This document shows, piece by piece, positions 9,841 to 20,057 of a DNA stretch of 64,000 nucleotides. Both the position numbers and the translations under genes were made by a program. Source of the DNA: Candidatus Moraniibacteriota bacterium (GTDB taxonomy: Bacteria > Patescibacteriota > Minisyncoccia > Moranbacterales > GCA-2747515). The stretch spans positions 16,952 through 80,951 of the forward strand of contig JALVQA010000006.1 of assembly GCA_027031495.1 (NCBI GenBank). Direction: 5' to 3'. The stretch's first letter is position 1. Each line of letters starts with the position of its first letter. Below the pieces are notes generated by a model that saw only the letters and a list, made by a program, of their open reading frames with translations, searched no databases and was not told the origin of the DNA.

Positions 9841-11373
9841 CTAGTACATAATTACAGCGACAGGTTGGAGTTTTACGACCATATGCAAAACATTATTTGC
9901 AGTAATATCCTCCACTGCTTTTTCTACATTTTTGTACTGCGATGCATCTTGTTCAATGACTTTTGATGAGCGCGCATTATAAAGCTTGACGCCATAGCTC
10001 TCCATTTTCTTCAGGAGTTCCTCGCGATTTTTTGGTTTCGCGTGTGTATCCGGATTGCGAGGTTTTCCGGTGCCGTGACTTGATGAGAAAAATGATGTTT
10101 CGTTTTTATCTGTACCAACGCCGAGATATGCAGCTGTTGCCATGGAAGATGGAACAAATGCCGGCTCACCTGTTTGTGAAAAGAGGGGATGGTCTTTCAT
10201 GCGTGAAGGCCCAAAGGCACGTGACGTGCCATTACGGTGCACCCACGTCTGTTCACCATAGTGCTCTTCGCGTTCAATGTCGATGTGTGGCATGTCGTAG
10301 AGGAGGTCGAGTTCTGCATCATGTTGCAAAACGTCTTCAATAGCGGTTGCAATATTGTGTGTAATAACGGCACGATTGGCAACGCCAAAGTTACTTGCAG
10401 CAGCACGCGCTTCCATGTACATCCGACCCTCAAGGGAATCGCCATCATAAGTAAAGAGTGGATCGGTATCAATGGTGCGACTGTGAAGTGCGCGTTGAAT
10501 ACGGCGATTCATGCGGTGAAATATGCGTTTCTTTTGCGAATTAAATGTAAGACGCCCAAGAGCGACCATAAGTGACTGTGAGAGGTGCTCGCGCTTCTTT
10601 GGTGTGTACATGTACATTGTGTACTGTCCAAGTAGACCGCTTCCGGTGTGGATGAGGAAAACATAATCACCAACTTTAAGATTAAACTGTGCCGCGATTT
10701 TTGGATCAAGTAATTCTGTCACTTTCATCATGTCAAGAAAGTGATTACCGGCTGCGCCGAGAATACCGAGACGATATTTTGCAATGTGAAGGAAGAGTTG
10801 CGGGATAACATCAAGAACGCGTCGCCGTGATACACTTTCACCAAAAAAGTTGCCACGCGACATGGAATTTTCAATTTCATTGCGTGTTGCGATATTGAGA
10901 TAATCAATGACTGCTTGTGTACCTTTGGCGCAAATATCAAGAACTGTGCTGTATGGCACTTTTGTTCCGACCAATTTTTTTGTAGGAATGGTTTCTGTCA
11001 GTCGTTGAAAGAGGGTGTCAATTTCTTCTTGCGTAATATTGTTTTCGTTGAGATTTGTACGTACCATGCGCATACCGCAGACGGGATCGGAATCGTTCAC
11101 TTGTGGGAGAATTTTGTCCTTAGAAACAACCGTTGTGCCGGTGGCATTTTTGCGACCAGGTTTTGAGTGTACGTCAATCATTGCTGCCGTATGGTGAAAA
11201 AGGCAGTCATTTGATGCAATGCTTTCAATCTGTGCAAGTGTTGCATCATTTGGCATCATTTCGTCACTACAATGAAAAATGGCGGGAACCGTCATTTTAT
11301 TCGTGCGGAATTCCTTTTTGTGTGGTGTGATATCCTTGATAGCATCACGATAATTTTCTGTAGATGTGCTCAT
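9841..11373 (-). CDS. RtcB-family protein (divergent)
   Basis: DVH, DPVCGM, GNHF, HTGS, HRNG, SHGTG and QYK motifs; probable start MSTSTEN at 11373. Confidence 0.85.
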   Translation of the reverse strand: MSTSTENYRDAIKDITPHKKEFRTNKMTVPAIFHCSDEMMPNDATLAQIESIASNDCLFHHTAAMIDVHSKPGRKNATGTTVVSKDKILPQVNDSDPVCGMRMVRTNLNENNITQEEIDTLFQRLTETIPTKKLVGTKVPYSTVLDICAKGTQAVIDYLNIATRNEIENSMSRGNFFGESVSRRRVLDVIPQLFLHIAKYRLGILGAAGNHFLDMMKVTELLDPKIAAQFNLKVGDYVFLIHTGSGLLGQYTMYMYTPKKREHLSQSLMVALGRLTFNSQKKRIFHRMNRRIQRALHSRTIDTDPLFTYDGDSLEGRMYMEARAAASNFGVANRAVITHNIATAIEDVLQHDAELDLLYDMPHIDIEREEHYGEQTWVHRNGTSRAFGPSRMKDHPLFSQTGEPAFVPSSMATAAYLGVGTDKNETSFFSSSHGTGKPRNPDTHAKPKNREELLKKMESYGVKLYNARSSKVIEQDASQYKNVEKAVEDITANNVLHMVVKLQPVAVIMY

Positions 11374-12490
11374 AATGTTTAGCTGTTTTAGTAATATCAA
11401 AATGTCTCTCAGCGAAGGCGCGCGCGGCATGTCCGAGTCGTGCACGCTGCGCTTCATGAGAGAGGATGTGCGCAATCGCATCAGTGAGGCGCGCAGTATT
11501 TTCACTCTCTATGATAACAGAGATATCAGTGTTCGTGAATTCACGAAGACGCGGAATATCAGAGACGATTGTCGGCTTTCCACACGCATATCCCTCAATG
11601 AGCGCGAGAGGAACATCAAATTTTCCGTGCATGTTTGCGACGGGAAAGATGATGATATCGGCGAGATTATAGAGGCCGCGCATATCTGCAAATGTATCTG
11701 TGTAGCGCACATGATCAGCAAAGCCACGACGAGCAAGCACTTTTTTAACGTGAGCTTTTTTGCGTGCGTCCGCTTCATTTTTGACGCGTAAACCAAGAAC
11801 AAGTAACGTATTGTGTGCTGCTGGATGATTGCTGCGCCAAAAAGCGGTGAGTGCATCAATAATCATATCTGTCGCGCCGAGTCGTGTATACTCGCCGGGA
11901 TAAAGAATGACAAAAGCATCTTTTGGTATCGCAAAATGTTTTAAAAGTGCCGGGTCCTTATCGTCCGGTGTGTAGTGCGCAAGATCAATGCCGGGATAAG
12001 CATATGAAACATTTGTGAAACCCTTGCGTTGGAGTAGTTGTTGAGCGAAGCGTGTATATGTCACAAGATGGTCGGCAAAGAGGATATTGCGAATATCCTT
12101 TGCAGAAAGAACGCTGTCGCGCAACGTGGCGATCGTCTGAATAGTACGTGTTTTTTTTGTGCGGAGAAATGTACGAATGATAAAAGCATTAAGTTTTGTC
12201 GGTGTGAAAAAGTAATGCGCAATGTCAAAGTCGTGGCGCACTTTCCATTGATAAAAGAGAGATTCCCACTTTTGGCGTGTACTAAATATGCTTGGTGGTG
12301 CTGGCGAGTATATGTGTGCTTGTGTGACGTGTGACGGCATATCGTCAAGGGTGCCGGATGTCATAACAGTCACGTCAACCGCATGTACATGTTTTGCAAG
12401 ATTATAAGCAAAATTCTTACTTGCCTCATCCCAGGGTGGTGTGAGGGCACGTGACACGTAGAGAACTTTCTTTTTTTGCCGTGTATTCAT
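11345..12490 (-). CDS. GT4 family glycosyltransferase
   Basis: PGID, YNLADIIIFP, PLALIEGYACGKP. Confidence 0.9.
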   Translation of the reverse strand: MNTRQKKKVLYVSRALTPPWDEASKNFAYNLAKHVHAVDVTVMTSGTLDDMPSHVTQAHIYSPAPPSIFSTRQKWESLFYQWKVRHDFDIAHYFFTPTKLNAFIIRTFLRTKKTRTIQTIATLRDSVLSAKDIRNILFADHLVTYTRFAQQLLQRKGFTNVSYAYPGIDLAHYTPDDKDPALLKHFAIPKDAFVILYPGEYTRLGATDMIIDALTAFWRSNHPAAHNTLLVLGLRVKNEADARKKAHVKKVLARRGFADHVRYTDTFADMRGLYNLADIIIFPVANMHGKFDVPLALIEGYACGKPTIVSDIPRLREFTNTDISVIIESENTARLTDAIAHILSHEAQRARLGHAARAFAERHFDITKTAKHYEHIYRKLS

Positions 12491-12496
12491 GTGCGT

Positions 12497-12505
12497 AGTA
12501 TAGCA
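12497..12505 (-). promoter_or_regulatory. Extended -10 of a probable leaderless transcript (GT4-RtcB-kinase-flippase-MFS)
   Basis: TGcTATACT, then 6 nt, then ATG at 12490. Confidence 0.5.
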
Positions 12506-12525
12506 TGTCTTGTATAGTGGGAAAA

Positions 12526-12876
12526 CTATTTTTTGAGAACGACTTTTTCATCATTGTGGTAGACAGTCACTGTGGCGCTACCGAAGGAGTGAGGATGTAT
12601 GATCGTTGCTGTCGTGTGCGGCATGACAATAACATTTGTACGCGGCACAAGCACGGTATCACCATTTGTAATCGTGTATGCAAATGTCTTTGACGGTGTT
12701 TCATTTGTAATCGCAAAATCGTACGAAGAGTATGCTGAAGCGTCTTTATGTGGGTTTATAAACGATGCACTCCAGTAGTATGTGTGCGTAAAGGTATGCT
12801 CCAGTGTATATGTGAGAAAAATTGCTGCACAAAGAAAAAGGAATGCGATTGCGATAGTAATGCTCCTGTAAGACAT
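12526..12876 (-). CDS. Small exported/membrane-anchored hypothetical protein
   Basis: N-terminal hydrophobic helix then beta-rich domain; 9-nt gap from upstream gene. Confidence 0.7.
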   Translation of the reverse strand: MSYRSITIAIAFLFLCAAIFLTYTLEHTFTHTYYWSASFINPHKDASAYSSYDFAITNETPSKTFAYTITNGDTVLVPRTNVIVMPHTTATIIHPHSFGSATVTVYHNDEKVVLKK

Positions 12877-12885
12877 AGACGTGTA

Positions 12886-14934
12886 TTAGTGACGGTAAAA
12901 TACTGTAACGTGTTTGCTTGAATAGATACGATAGAATTGGTCTGATGTCATAAACTGCGCTGCGTCGTGTTGTGGTGAGACAATAATGTAGCGTACAGAT
13001 AGATCGTTAAAGCAGTGCTGTGCATGTGTACTTAGTGGTGCGCTAATCATGTCGCGTGTGCATGTTTCGCGTGTCCCGGATTCGTAACGCTTAAAATAAC
13101 TGCGTGAAAGAGGATAGCTGTAATCACGGAGAAAGAAGAGTTTCATCCATGTATCAGCCGTGAGATAGTTATGATCTTTAAGTGTCCACTCGTCTTTTGC
13201 AGTATGACTTGCAACGTAGCGTGCAGCGGCAAATGATTCGCGCGCTTGTGCGAGTGATGGTGTGGTTTTGAGGGATTGACTGTTGTCGTACATACCCGTT
13301 GTGATCGCAAAAAGAATAATGGTGATACCTGTTGTAATTGCAAAAAACGGTGCAAGATATGTTCGTGCTGTTGCAATAAGCCACGCAAGGCCAATGCCGC
13401 CAATGAGAGCAAAGGGTATGATCGTGTAATTTGCAATGCGACTGGAGATGATGTTAATGCCAAGATACTGGGGAATTGTACTCATTGCAAACGTCGCTAG
13501 TGGCCATGCGATAATAATAGCAACGGCGTAAGCATTCTTTGGAGAAACTTTGTGCCAGATCTTCTCATAAAGTATTTGCGTGATGCATACACGCATTTTG
13601 TGTCGGAGTGGAAAATGGTGTGTAACGATATAGAGTGTAAGAATAATGCTGCCAATAACAGCAAAGGTAAAACGTGCTTCACCAATTGTATGCATGAGTT
13701 GTACGAGCGTAACGCCCGTGCGTGTTTCTTTACTTGGCGCGCCGGTGGCTGATGAGATTGCGTCTGGATTGAGATAGTGTGGTGTGTATACAAAGAGAAG
13801 CAGGATTATTGTGGATATGAGCGAAAAAAGTGAGAGGGGATGAAGAAGGAGATTAATCCACTCTCTGAAGAAGTGCGTTACTGTACGAATGTTAAGAAGT
13901 ATAAAAAGAAAAACAACAAAAGCGATGCTGTAGAGAAATATAAAAGTACTCAAGTGGTGTGTGTAGATGAGACCTGTAACGATGATGAAAAAGGCACTCA
14001 AAAGACACGCTGATTTTTCTGTTAATGCACGGTAAAGAAAAAAGAATGCAAGAGGAATAAAAAGGTTGCCAAAGAGATTGCCGATAACGCCACCGGCGAC
14101 AAATTTTGCTTGTGATGCGGAAATGGTGTAGAGAGGACCCATAAGAAAAAGCACGGAAATACCAATAGTATCTGCAATGTGTGTGTGGGCAAAAAGCCTT
14201 ACGGCGAACATAAAAAGCGCAAGAACACTGAAAAGATCAAGAAGGAAGAGGAAAAGAATGGGTTGTGAAGAAAGAACGTTCTTGCCCGTGACGATGCTAA
14301 TAGCTGCAAGAGGAATATGTTCACCGATAATAAAGTCAGCGATATTCTCTGGTGCACTGATAGCGTACGTTCCGTCATCTTTTGTAATGATTTTTTGTTT
14401 TTCGTAGACATGAAGATGGTGTGTCGTGGCAATTTTGTTTACCCAATAGAGGTGATGACCCATATCGGTAGCTGTGGGAAAGAGTGTGTCGGCAAGATAA
14501 AAAGTTTTGATTGTAATAGTAAGTGCGATAAGTATAAGTGCGATATAGGTTTTTTGATGTGAGCGTATTGCGCGTCGCGTTATGTTTTTTGTGGCTAATC
14601 TGTTTGTTATGTGACTTGTAATGTGTTGTATTTTCTTTATGTTACATATGGAGAAATTTGTGAGTATTTTTGCGGCAATAAGTGGCACAAGAACAACAAA
14701 TGGCACAAGGAGAATTAGTGTGCGTGTGATGGCAAGGTGAAAAACTTTATCAGCGACAATGAGAGTAATATCAAGCAACACGACGCCGATGCCAAAGCCG
14801 GCAACGGCGTACTCAAGCAATGAAAATGTTTTTTTTCCTTTAAGAATGGAAAGGAATGCTATGCCGGGTATAAAAAACAACCAAAGAAGCGTGAGAAAAA
14901 AAACAAATTGATCAAAGATAATGTGCATAATCAT
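12886..14934 (-). CDS. Large polytopic membrane protein, probable GT-C fold
   Basis: PTATDMGHH loop, many TM segments, soluble C-terminal domain; lies in glycan locus. Confidence 0.6.
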   Translation of the reverse strand: MIMHIIFDQFVFFLTLLWLFFIPGIAFLSILKGKKTFSLLEYAVAGFGIGVVLLDITLIVADKVFHLAITRTLILLVPFVVLVPLIAAKILTNFSICNIKKIQHITSHITNRLATKNITRRAIRSHQKTYIALILIALTITIKTFYLADTLFPTATDMGHHLYWVNKIATTHHLHVYEKQKIITKDDGTYAISAPENIADFIIGEHIPLAAISIVTGKNVLSSQPILFLFLLDLFSVLALFMFAVRLFAHTHIADTIGISVLFLMGPLYTISASQAKFVAGGVIGNLFGNLFIPLAFFFLYRALTEKSACLLSAFFIIVTGLIYTHHLSTFIFLYSIAFVVFLFILLNIRTVTHFFREWINLLLHPLSLFSLISTIILLLFVYTPHYLNPDAISSATGAPSKETRTGVTLVQLMHTIGEARFTFAVIGSIILTLYIVTHHFPLRHKMRVCITQILYEKIWHKVSPKNAYAVAIIIAWPLATFAMSTIPQYLGINIISSRIANYTIIPFALIGGIGLAWLIATARTYLAPFFAITTGITIILFAITTGMYDNSQSLKTTPSLAQARESFAAARYVASHTAKDEWTLKDHNYLTADTWMKLFFLRDYSYPLSRSYFKRYESGTRETCTRDMISAPLSTHAQHCFNDLSVRYIIVSPQHDAAQFMTSDQFYRIYSSKHVTVFYRH

Positions 14935-14972
14935 CTGTATAGAGTCTCAATATTGTAGATTTATAATTTTCT

Positions 14973-16055
14973 CTAGCGCGCTTTTGTCTTTTCTATGACG
15001 TCAATGTAACGCTGAGCAATAACATCCCACGTAAAAGTGCGCTTGATGTATTCATGTGCTTTTCTGCCAAAGGCCTTACGATCAAATGTATCGGCGAGAA
15101 GTTCTGTAAGTTTTTCCCTCCATGCCGTCGGATTGCCATGTTCTACAAGAAAGCCATTTTTACCATCATGAATAGCATCTTTAAGACCTTCCAATCGTGA
15201 GGCGACAACGGGAATACCACTGCTGCCCGCTTCCAGGACAACAAGACCAAAACCTTCCATGTCACCCTTGACGGGTATGTTCGGCTGAATAAAGAGATCG
15301 CATGTGTGGAGAAGAACATCGCGGTCTTCGTTGGAGATGTATCCGAGTAATATTACACGTTCTTGCATCTTTGCTTTTTCGATAGCATTTTTGATGTTAT
15401 CAAAGTCCGGTCCGGCGCCGGAAACAACATAGATAACATTTTGTGGCAATGTTGGCAAGACATTTTCTATAAACCATGCAACACCCTTGCGGCGCACGAG
15501 GCGACCGCCAGTGAAGAGTACGTGTGTGTCATCTTCAAGTTTTCCCTTAATGAGCTTTTCCAGGCGTGTACGTGGCATATCTTTTGGTACAAACTTTTTC
15601 GTGTCAACGCCATTCGGCACAAAAACAAATTGTTCTTTCTTGATGCCGCGTGCAACTCCCTCTTTGATGGTCTGATTGCCGACAGCAATAAGCACGTCAG
15701 CTTCGGGAATAAAACGTTTGACCCAAATATTCTGGTAAAACTCGTTTTCAAATGTAAGATCAAGTCCGTGTACAATACACGCCACTTTCTTTCTTTTGCC
15801 GTAGAAAAGTTTTACAAATGAAATAACGATACCCAAAACCCCATCACCGAGCAAAAGCACGTCATATTTGCGCATGTAAAAGAGTGCCGTAATGAGTGCC
15901 CATGGCAAAAAGAGGGGAAGGAGCCTCTTGCCATCGGTATTTGCAATAACTTTTACATCTGCGATACGTGAGAGCGCTCGTGAAATCTCATAATTCTGAT
16001 TTTCAATGCCACCAACAACCGGTGGGTACGCGCGCGAAATAAAGAGAATTTTCAT
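14973..16055 (-). CDS. GT4 family glycosyltransferase
   Basis: YPPVVGG, PNGVD, EGFGLVVLEA; probable start MKILFIS at 16055. Confidence 0.92.
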   Translation of the reverse strand: MKILFISRAYPPVVGGIENQNYEISRALSRIADVKVIANTDGKRLLPLFLPWALITALFYMRKYDVLLLGDGVLGIVISFVKLFYGKRKKVACIVHGLDLTFENEFYQNIWVKRFIPEADVLIAVGNQTIKEGVARGIKKEQFVFVPNGVDTKKFVPKDMPRTRLEKLIKGKLEDDTHVLFTGGRLVRRKGVAWFIENVLPTLPQNVIYVVSGAGPDFDNIKNAIEKAKMQERVILLGYISNEDRDVLLHTCDLFIQPNIPVKGDMEGFGLVVLEAGSSGIPVVASRLEGLKDAIHDGKNGFLVEHGNPTAWREKLTELLADTFDRKAFGRKAHEYIKRTFTWDVIAQRYIDVIEKTKAR

Positions 16056-16059
16056 AGAT

Positions 16060-16989
16060 TTACTTTTTAGAATTGCTTTCTTTAAGTTCTCTGCGACGAA
16101 GACGATAAAGAATTTCTTCATTGAGAAGGCGACTGCCTCTAATCATGTCTGCAATGAGGCCGAACGTGAGAAACTGTATACCGACAAGGAAGAAAGCAAG
16201 CGTTGTAAGTGGATAAGCACCCTTGAGAGCGATAAAAGCGGTGCCGGATGCGAGTATGAATAATATGCCGGGTATGGCAAAGAATTTCATCGGCTGAATG
16301 TCGCGAAAAGCACGAATAATAACACGCGCACTGTTTGTGACGTATGTCATGATGCTTTTGACAACGCGTGATTTGCGTGCGTCATGATAGGTAACAACGA
16401 CAGGTATCCATACAAGGCGAAGGTTTTTACCAATAGCATCAATGATCGTTTCTTGCGTATAGGTGAAACCGCTCGGGTCTGCAAGACGTAGCAACGCTTC
16501 GCGATTATGCGCACGGAAGCCACAGGTAAGATCAACAACTTTTACGCCTGTTGCTTTTGCCACGAGCCACGCACCAAGGCGATTGAGCTTGTCTTTGAGA
16601 AACGGGATATTCTTGGCGGTGCTGCGCGAGAAACGGTCGGCAATAACAATGTCGGCCTTGTGTGCGAGAATTGGTTTGATGAGCGTTGCAATATCTTTCG
16701 GATCAAACTGTCCATCGGCATCAATATTGACAAGAATGTCGGCACCGTTTTCCAGTGCGCTCTGACGCATTGTGCGAAACATGACACCGAGACCACGGTT
16801 TCCATCATGAGAGATAATAATGTCCGCGCCACCTTTACGTGCTTCTTCTACGGTGCGATCTGTGGATCCATCGTCAATAACTTGTACAAGCACTTCATCA
16901 ACACCATCGATTGTGCGGGGAATGCGTCGAATTGTCTGTGCAATATGTTTTTCTTCATTGTAGCCGGGAAGATTAACAATCAATTTCAT
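16060..16989 (-). CDS. GT2 family (DPM1-like polyprenol-phosphate) glycosyltransferase
   Basis: PGYNEE, IDDGSTD, DADGQ, DLTCGFR and two C-terminal TM helices. Confidence 0.9.
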   Translation of the reverse strand: MKLIVNLPGYNEEKHIAQTIRRIPRTIDGVDEVLVQVIDDGSTDRTVEEARKGGADIIISHDGNRGLGVMFRTMRQSALENGADILVNIDADGQFDPKDIATLIKPILAHKADIVIADRFSRSTAKNIPFLKDKLNRLGAWLVAKATGVKVVDLTCGFRAHNREALLRLADPSGFTYTQETIIDAIGKNLRLVWIPVVVTYHDARKSRVVKSIMTYVTNSARVIIRAFRDIQPMKFFAIPGILFILASGTAFIALKGAYPLTTLAFFLVGIQFLTFGLIADMIRGSRLLNEEILYRLRRRELKESNSKK

Positions 16990-17100
16990 AAGGTTTGCTT
17001 AAATGCTTATAGTTTCATTCTAAAGGAAAAATCCTTTTGTGCAAAATAAAACTGCGCATAAATAATACACAGTCTTATTCTTCAGTACATGTGCTTTGCC

Positions 17101-18402
17101 TTAGCGTCCGATACCGCGATAGACGACACCCAATGCTTCAATTGCATCTTTATCCATACAATTTTTGCCGTCCAAAACAACTTTTATGTTATTTTTCTTG
17201 AGTAATGAAAGGTCCATATTAACAAACTCGTCGTGGTTTGTTGCAATGAAAATATGATCAACACGTGCAAGAATATCTTCAAGGGATTGACTGTCACATT
17301 TATGAAGGACGTGTGGATCAAAACTGATCACATCAGCACCATGTTTACGTAGATGTTTAATAATCTTGAATGATGGTGATTCACGTGTATCATCAACATT
17401 AGCCTTATATGCCAAGCCAAGAATACCAATTTTTTCACCTTTAAGTGGCAGTTTGATGCTGTTAAGTGCGTCTTGCATGCGTTCTACCGCATAGATTGGC
17501 ATAAAGTTATTGATACGTCGTGCGTTTCGCATAAATTCGTGTTCAAAACCGCTTCTTTGAGCACTTTCTATCAGATAGTATGGATCAACGGGAATGCAGT
17601 GACCACCGACGCCGCAACTCGGATAATGTGCCATGAAAGCATACGGCTTTGTTTTTGCGCCCTCAATTACATCAAGAACATCAATGCCAAGACGATCGAA
17701 ACTTTGTGCGATTTCGTTGATAAAAGCGATATTAATATCGCGGAAAGAGTTTTCCAAAATTTTAACTGCTTCTGCCTCACGAATTGATTTCATTTCACGT
17801 ACCTCTGCATCAATGATGGAGCGATAGAAGGCGGCGGCACGTTTTGTGCCCTCCTTTGTAAATGCACCGACAACGCGTGCGGTATTGCCAATATGATAGC
17901 CGGCAGAAAAAGATGATTTGCCGGGATCAATACGTTCCGGACAGTGTGCAATAAAGACATCTTTGCCAATAATGTGACCCTCACGTTCAAAGAGAGGGCG
18001 CACAATTTCTTCACATGTGCCGGGATTAACCGTTGATTCAAGAACAACAAGGGTGCCTTTTTTCATTGTGCGGGCAACCATTTCTGATGCGGAGATAACA
18101 TAGTCATATACGGGATTTTGGTCCTCATCTACCGGCGTTGGCACAGCAACAAGGATAATATCGCCTTGAGTGATATCATCTTTGTCATATGTTGCTTTAA
18201 AACGAAACTGTGCAAACTTTTTTGCAACCTTTTCATCATCGCCAAGAGGGCAGACGCCACCGTTAATCATATCGACCCACTCTTTGTTGATGTCAAAGCC
18301 AATGACATTATACCCGCTTTCTTTGGCAAGGAGTGCGAGAGGAAGGCCGACATAGCCAAGCCCGACAACAACAACGGTTTCTTTTTTTGATGTTTTCGAC
18401 AT
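17101..18402 (-). CDS. UDP-N-acetylhexosamine/NDP-sugar dehydrogenase (WecC/WbpA/TviB type)
   Basis: GLGYVG, VPTP, ESTV, CPER, GVGGHCIPVDP, GLAYK..DTRESP; start 18402 or 18441. Confidence 0.93.
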   Translation of the reverse strand: MSKTSKKETVVVVGLGYVGLPLALLAKESGYNVIGFDINKEWVDMINGGVCPLGDDEKVAKKFAQFRFKATYDKDDITQGDIILVAVPTPVDEDQNPVYDYVISASEMVARTMKKGTLVVLESTVNPGTCEEIVRPLFEREGHIIGKDVFIAHCPERIDPGKSSFSAGYHIGNTARVVGAFTKEGTKRAAAFYRSIIDAEVREMKSIREAEAVKILENSFRDINIAFINEIAQSFDRLGIDVLDVIEGAKTKPYAFMAHYPSCGVGGHCIPVDPYYLIESAQRSGFEHEFMRNARRINNFMPIYAVERMQDALNSIKLPLKGEKIGILGLAYKANVDDTRESPSFKIIKHLRKHGADVISFDPHVLHKCDSQSLEDILARVDHIFIATNHDEFVNMDLSLLKKNNIKVVLDGKNCMDKDAIEALGVVYRGIGR

Positions 18403-18574
18403 AAAGGTAATATTATAGTACTTTTTAGCGTACGGCATCATACATGCGTATTATACACAATATGTACAATAAAGGAAGGTGTATATATGAGTATATGTGC
18501 CATTTTGTTACAAAAATGGTATACTGGCTATATGTAATTCCTGCGTATTTGAGGTGTATATTCTACATTAATTA

Positions 18575-19822
18575 ATGCAGAAAACAAAAAATATTATGAA
18601 AATCGGTATCAATGTATCGTTTTTGCGTAAACGCGGTACAGGTATAGGAGAAGTAACACATCATTTTCTCACAACGCTTGTTCGCCTAGTACAAGATGGT
18701 GTTTTTTTTAGCAATACGCGGTTTGTATTATATGCGGAAGAATATTTTACTGTACCGGCGCTTGACGAGGCACCTGCGACAGTGCGCGCTCGTTTTAAAA
18801 AAAAAGTGTTTTTGCCACGTTTTTACAAGCGAGATGATCTTGTGCGTAAAATATGGTGGGAGCGGTACAGTTTGGCGTGGCATGTACGTATGGACGCGTG
18901 CGATGCATTTTTTTCACTCTACCAGTGCCCCACACAGCTTGATGGTATAGCGCATGTAATGCTTGTTCATGATCTTATACCACGCTTGTTTCCACAATAC
19001 TTAGATAACGCACGTAAAAGATTCTACCAATGTCTGACCGAACGTGCAATTGTGCATGCCGATCACATCACGACTGTTTCCGTGCATACGCAAAAGGATA
19101 TTATTCGCGAGCTTGGCTGTGCTCCGAAGAAAGTTACAACGCACTATATAGATTGTGATCCACTCTTTAAAAATTATCATGTACATGCGCGTAATTGTGC
19201 ACGTGTTTTAGAGAAATATAATTTGTCTGCTGGCTATCTTTATTATGGTGGTGGTCTTGATCTACGTAAAAATGTGGAGCGTCTTTTGCGCGCATATAAA
19301 AAGTTACTCACCACGTCACATGGCAAGCGTTCTTCACGTCACCGCGTACCGCCTCTTGTCATCTCTGGAAAACTTATGCCACGCCTTGCGCCACTGATTG
19401 CCGATGTGGAAGCACTAGTAAAAGAACTTAATATAACGCGCCATGTGCATATTCTTGGTTTTGTGCCACAAGAAGATTTGCCGGCATTGTATAAATCTGC
19501 TGCGATATTTATTTACCCGTCGCTCTATGAAGGATTTGGTCTGCCGGTGCTTGAGGCAATGAGTATGGGCACACCTGTGATTGCAAGTAAAGCATCGTCA
19601 ATACCGGAAGTTGGTGGTGATAGTGTACTCTACTGCAATCCATATAGCATTGATGATATTGCACAAAATATAGCCATGCTTCTTGAGCGTGAAGATCTCC
19701 GCGATAAACTACGTGTGCGCGGACTGCAGCGTGCGGCACGTTTTTCATGGGAGGAGTGCGTGCGTGATACGATGCGCATTGTTATTGAAAAGGGGCGAGA
19801 AACGGCTCTTTGTAAAAAATAG
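18575..19822 (+). CDS. GT4 family glycosyltransferase (mannosyltransferase-like)
   Basis: HDLIP, RKNV, PSLYEGFGLPVLEAM. Confidence 0.92.
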   Translation: MQKTKNIMKIGINVSFLRKRGTGIGEVTHHFLTTLVRLVQDGVFFSNTRFVLYAEEYFTVPALDEAPATVRARFKKKVFLPRFYKRDDLVRKIWWERYSLAWHVRMDACDAFFSLYQCPTQLDGIAHVMLVHDLIPRLFPQYLDNARKRFYQCLTERAIVHADHITTVSVHTQKDIIRELGCAPKKVTTHYIDCDPLFKNYHVHARNCARVLEKYNLSAGYLYYGGGLDLRKNVERLLRAYKKLLTTSHGKRSSRHRVPPLVISGKLMPRLAPLIADVEALVKELNITRHVHILGFVPQEDLPALYKSAAIFIYPSLYEGFGLPVLEAMSMGTPVIASKASSIPEVGGDSVLYCNPYSIDDIAQNIAMLLEREDLRDKLRVRGLQRAARFSWEECVRDTMRIVIEKGRETALCKK

Positions 19823-19823
19823 C

Positions 19824-19860
19824 AAAAGGCCGCCAGAGTTGTTTCTCTGACGGCTTTTTT
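19824..19860. terminator. Bidirectional intrinsic terminator
   Basis: AAAAGGCCGcCAGAG...CTCTGaCGGCTTTTTT between convergent ORFs. Confidence 0.7.
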
Positions 19861-19877
19861 ACAAGGTGTCAATTTCT

Positions 19878-20057
19878 CTAATTACGGTACATGTCTGTAC
19901 GATGATATCGTACTTTTTGTACCGGTGCCGGTGGTATGCGCACACGATGTGTGCGATGTCCTTTTTCCGGCGGTCTTGTTTTTACGGCAGTTCTGTTTCT
20001 TGTTTTTTCTATGATAAGCAGAAATATAATGAGAAGAAGTGATTGTTTTTGTTTCAT
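19878..20057 (-). CDS. Small basic hypothetical protein (59 aa, MKQKQSLLLIIFLLII...)
   Basis: Start overlaps stop of upstream small ORF (ATGA); ends just before terminator. Confidence 0.4.
   Translation of the reverse strand: MKQKQSLLLIIFLLIIEKTRNRTAVKTRPPEKGHRTHRVRIPPAPVQKVRYHRTDMYRN

Noticed and set aside
11374-11505. 44-aa N-terminal extension of the RtcB ORF
   Set aside because: Overlaps the GT4 coding region on the same strand; ATG at 11373 gives a normal RtcB length
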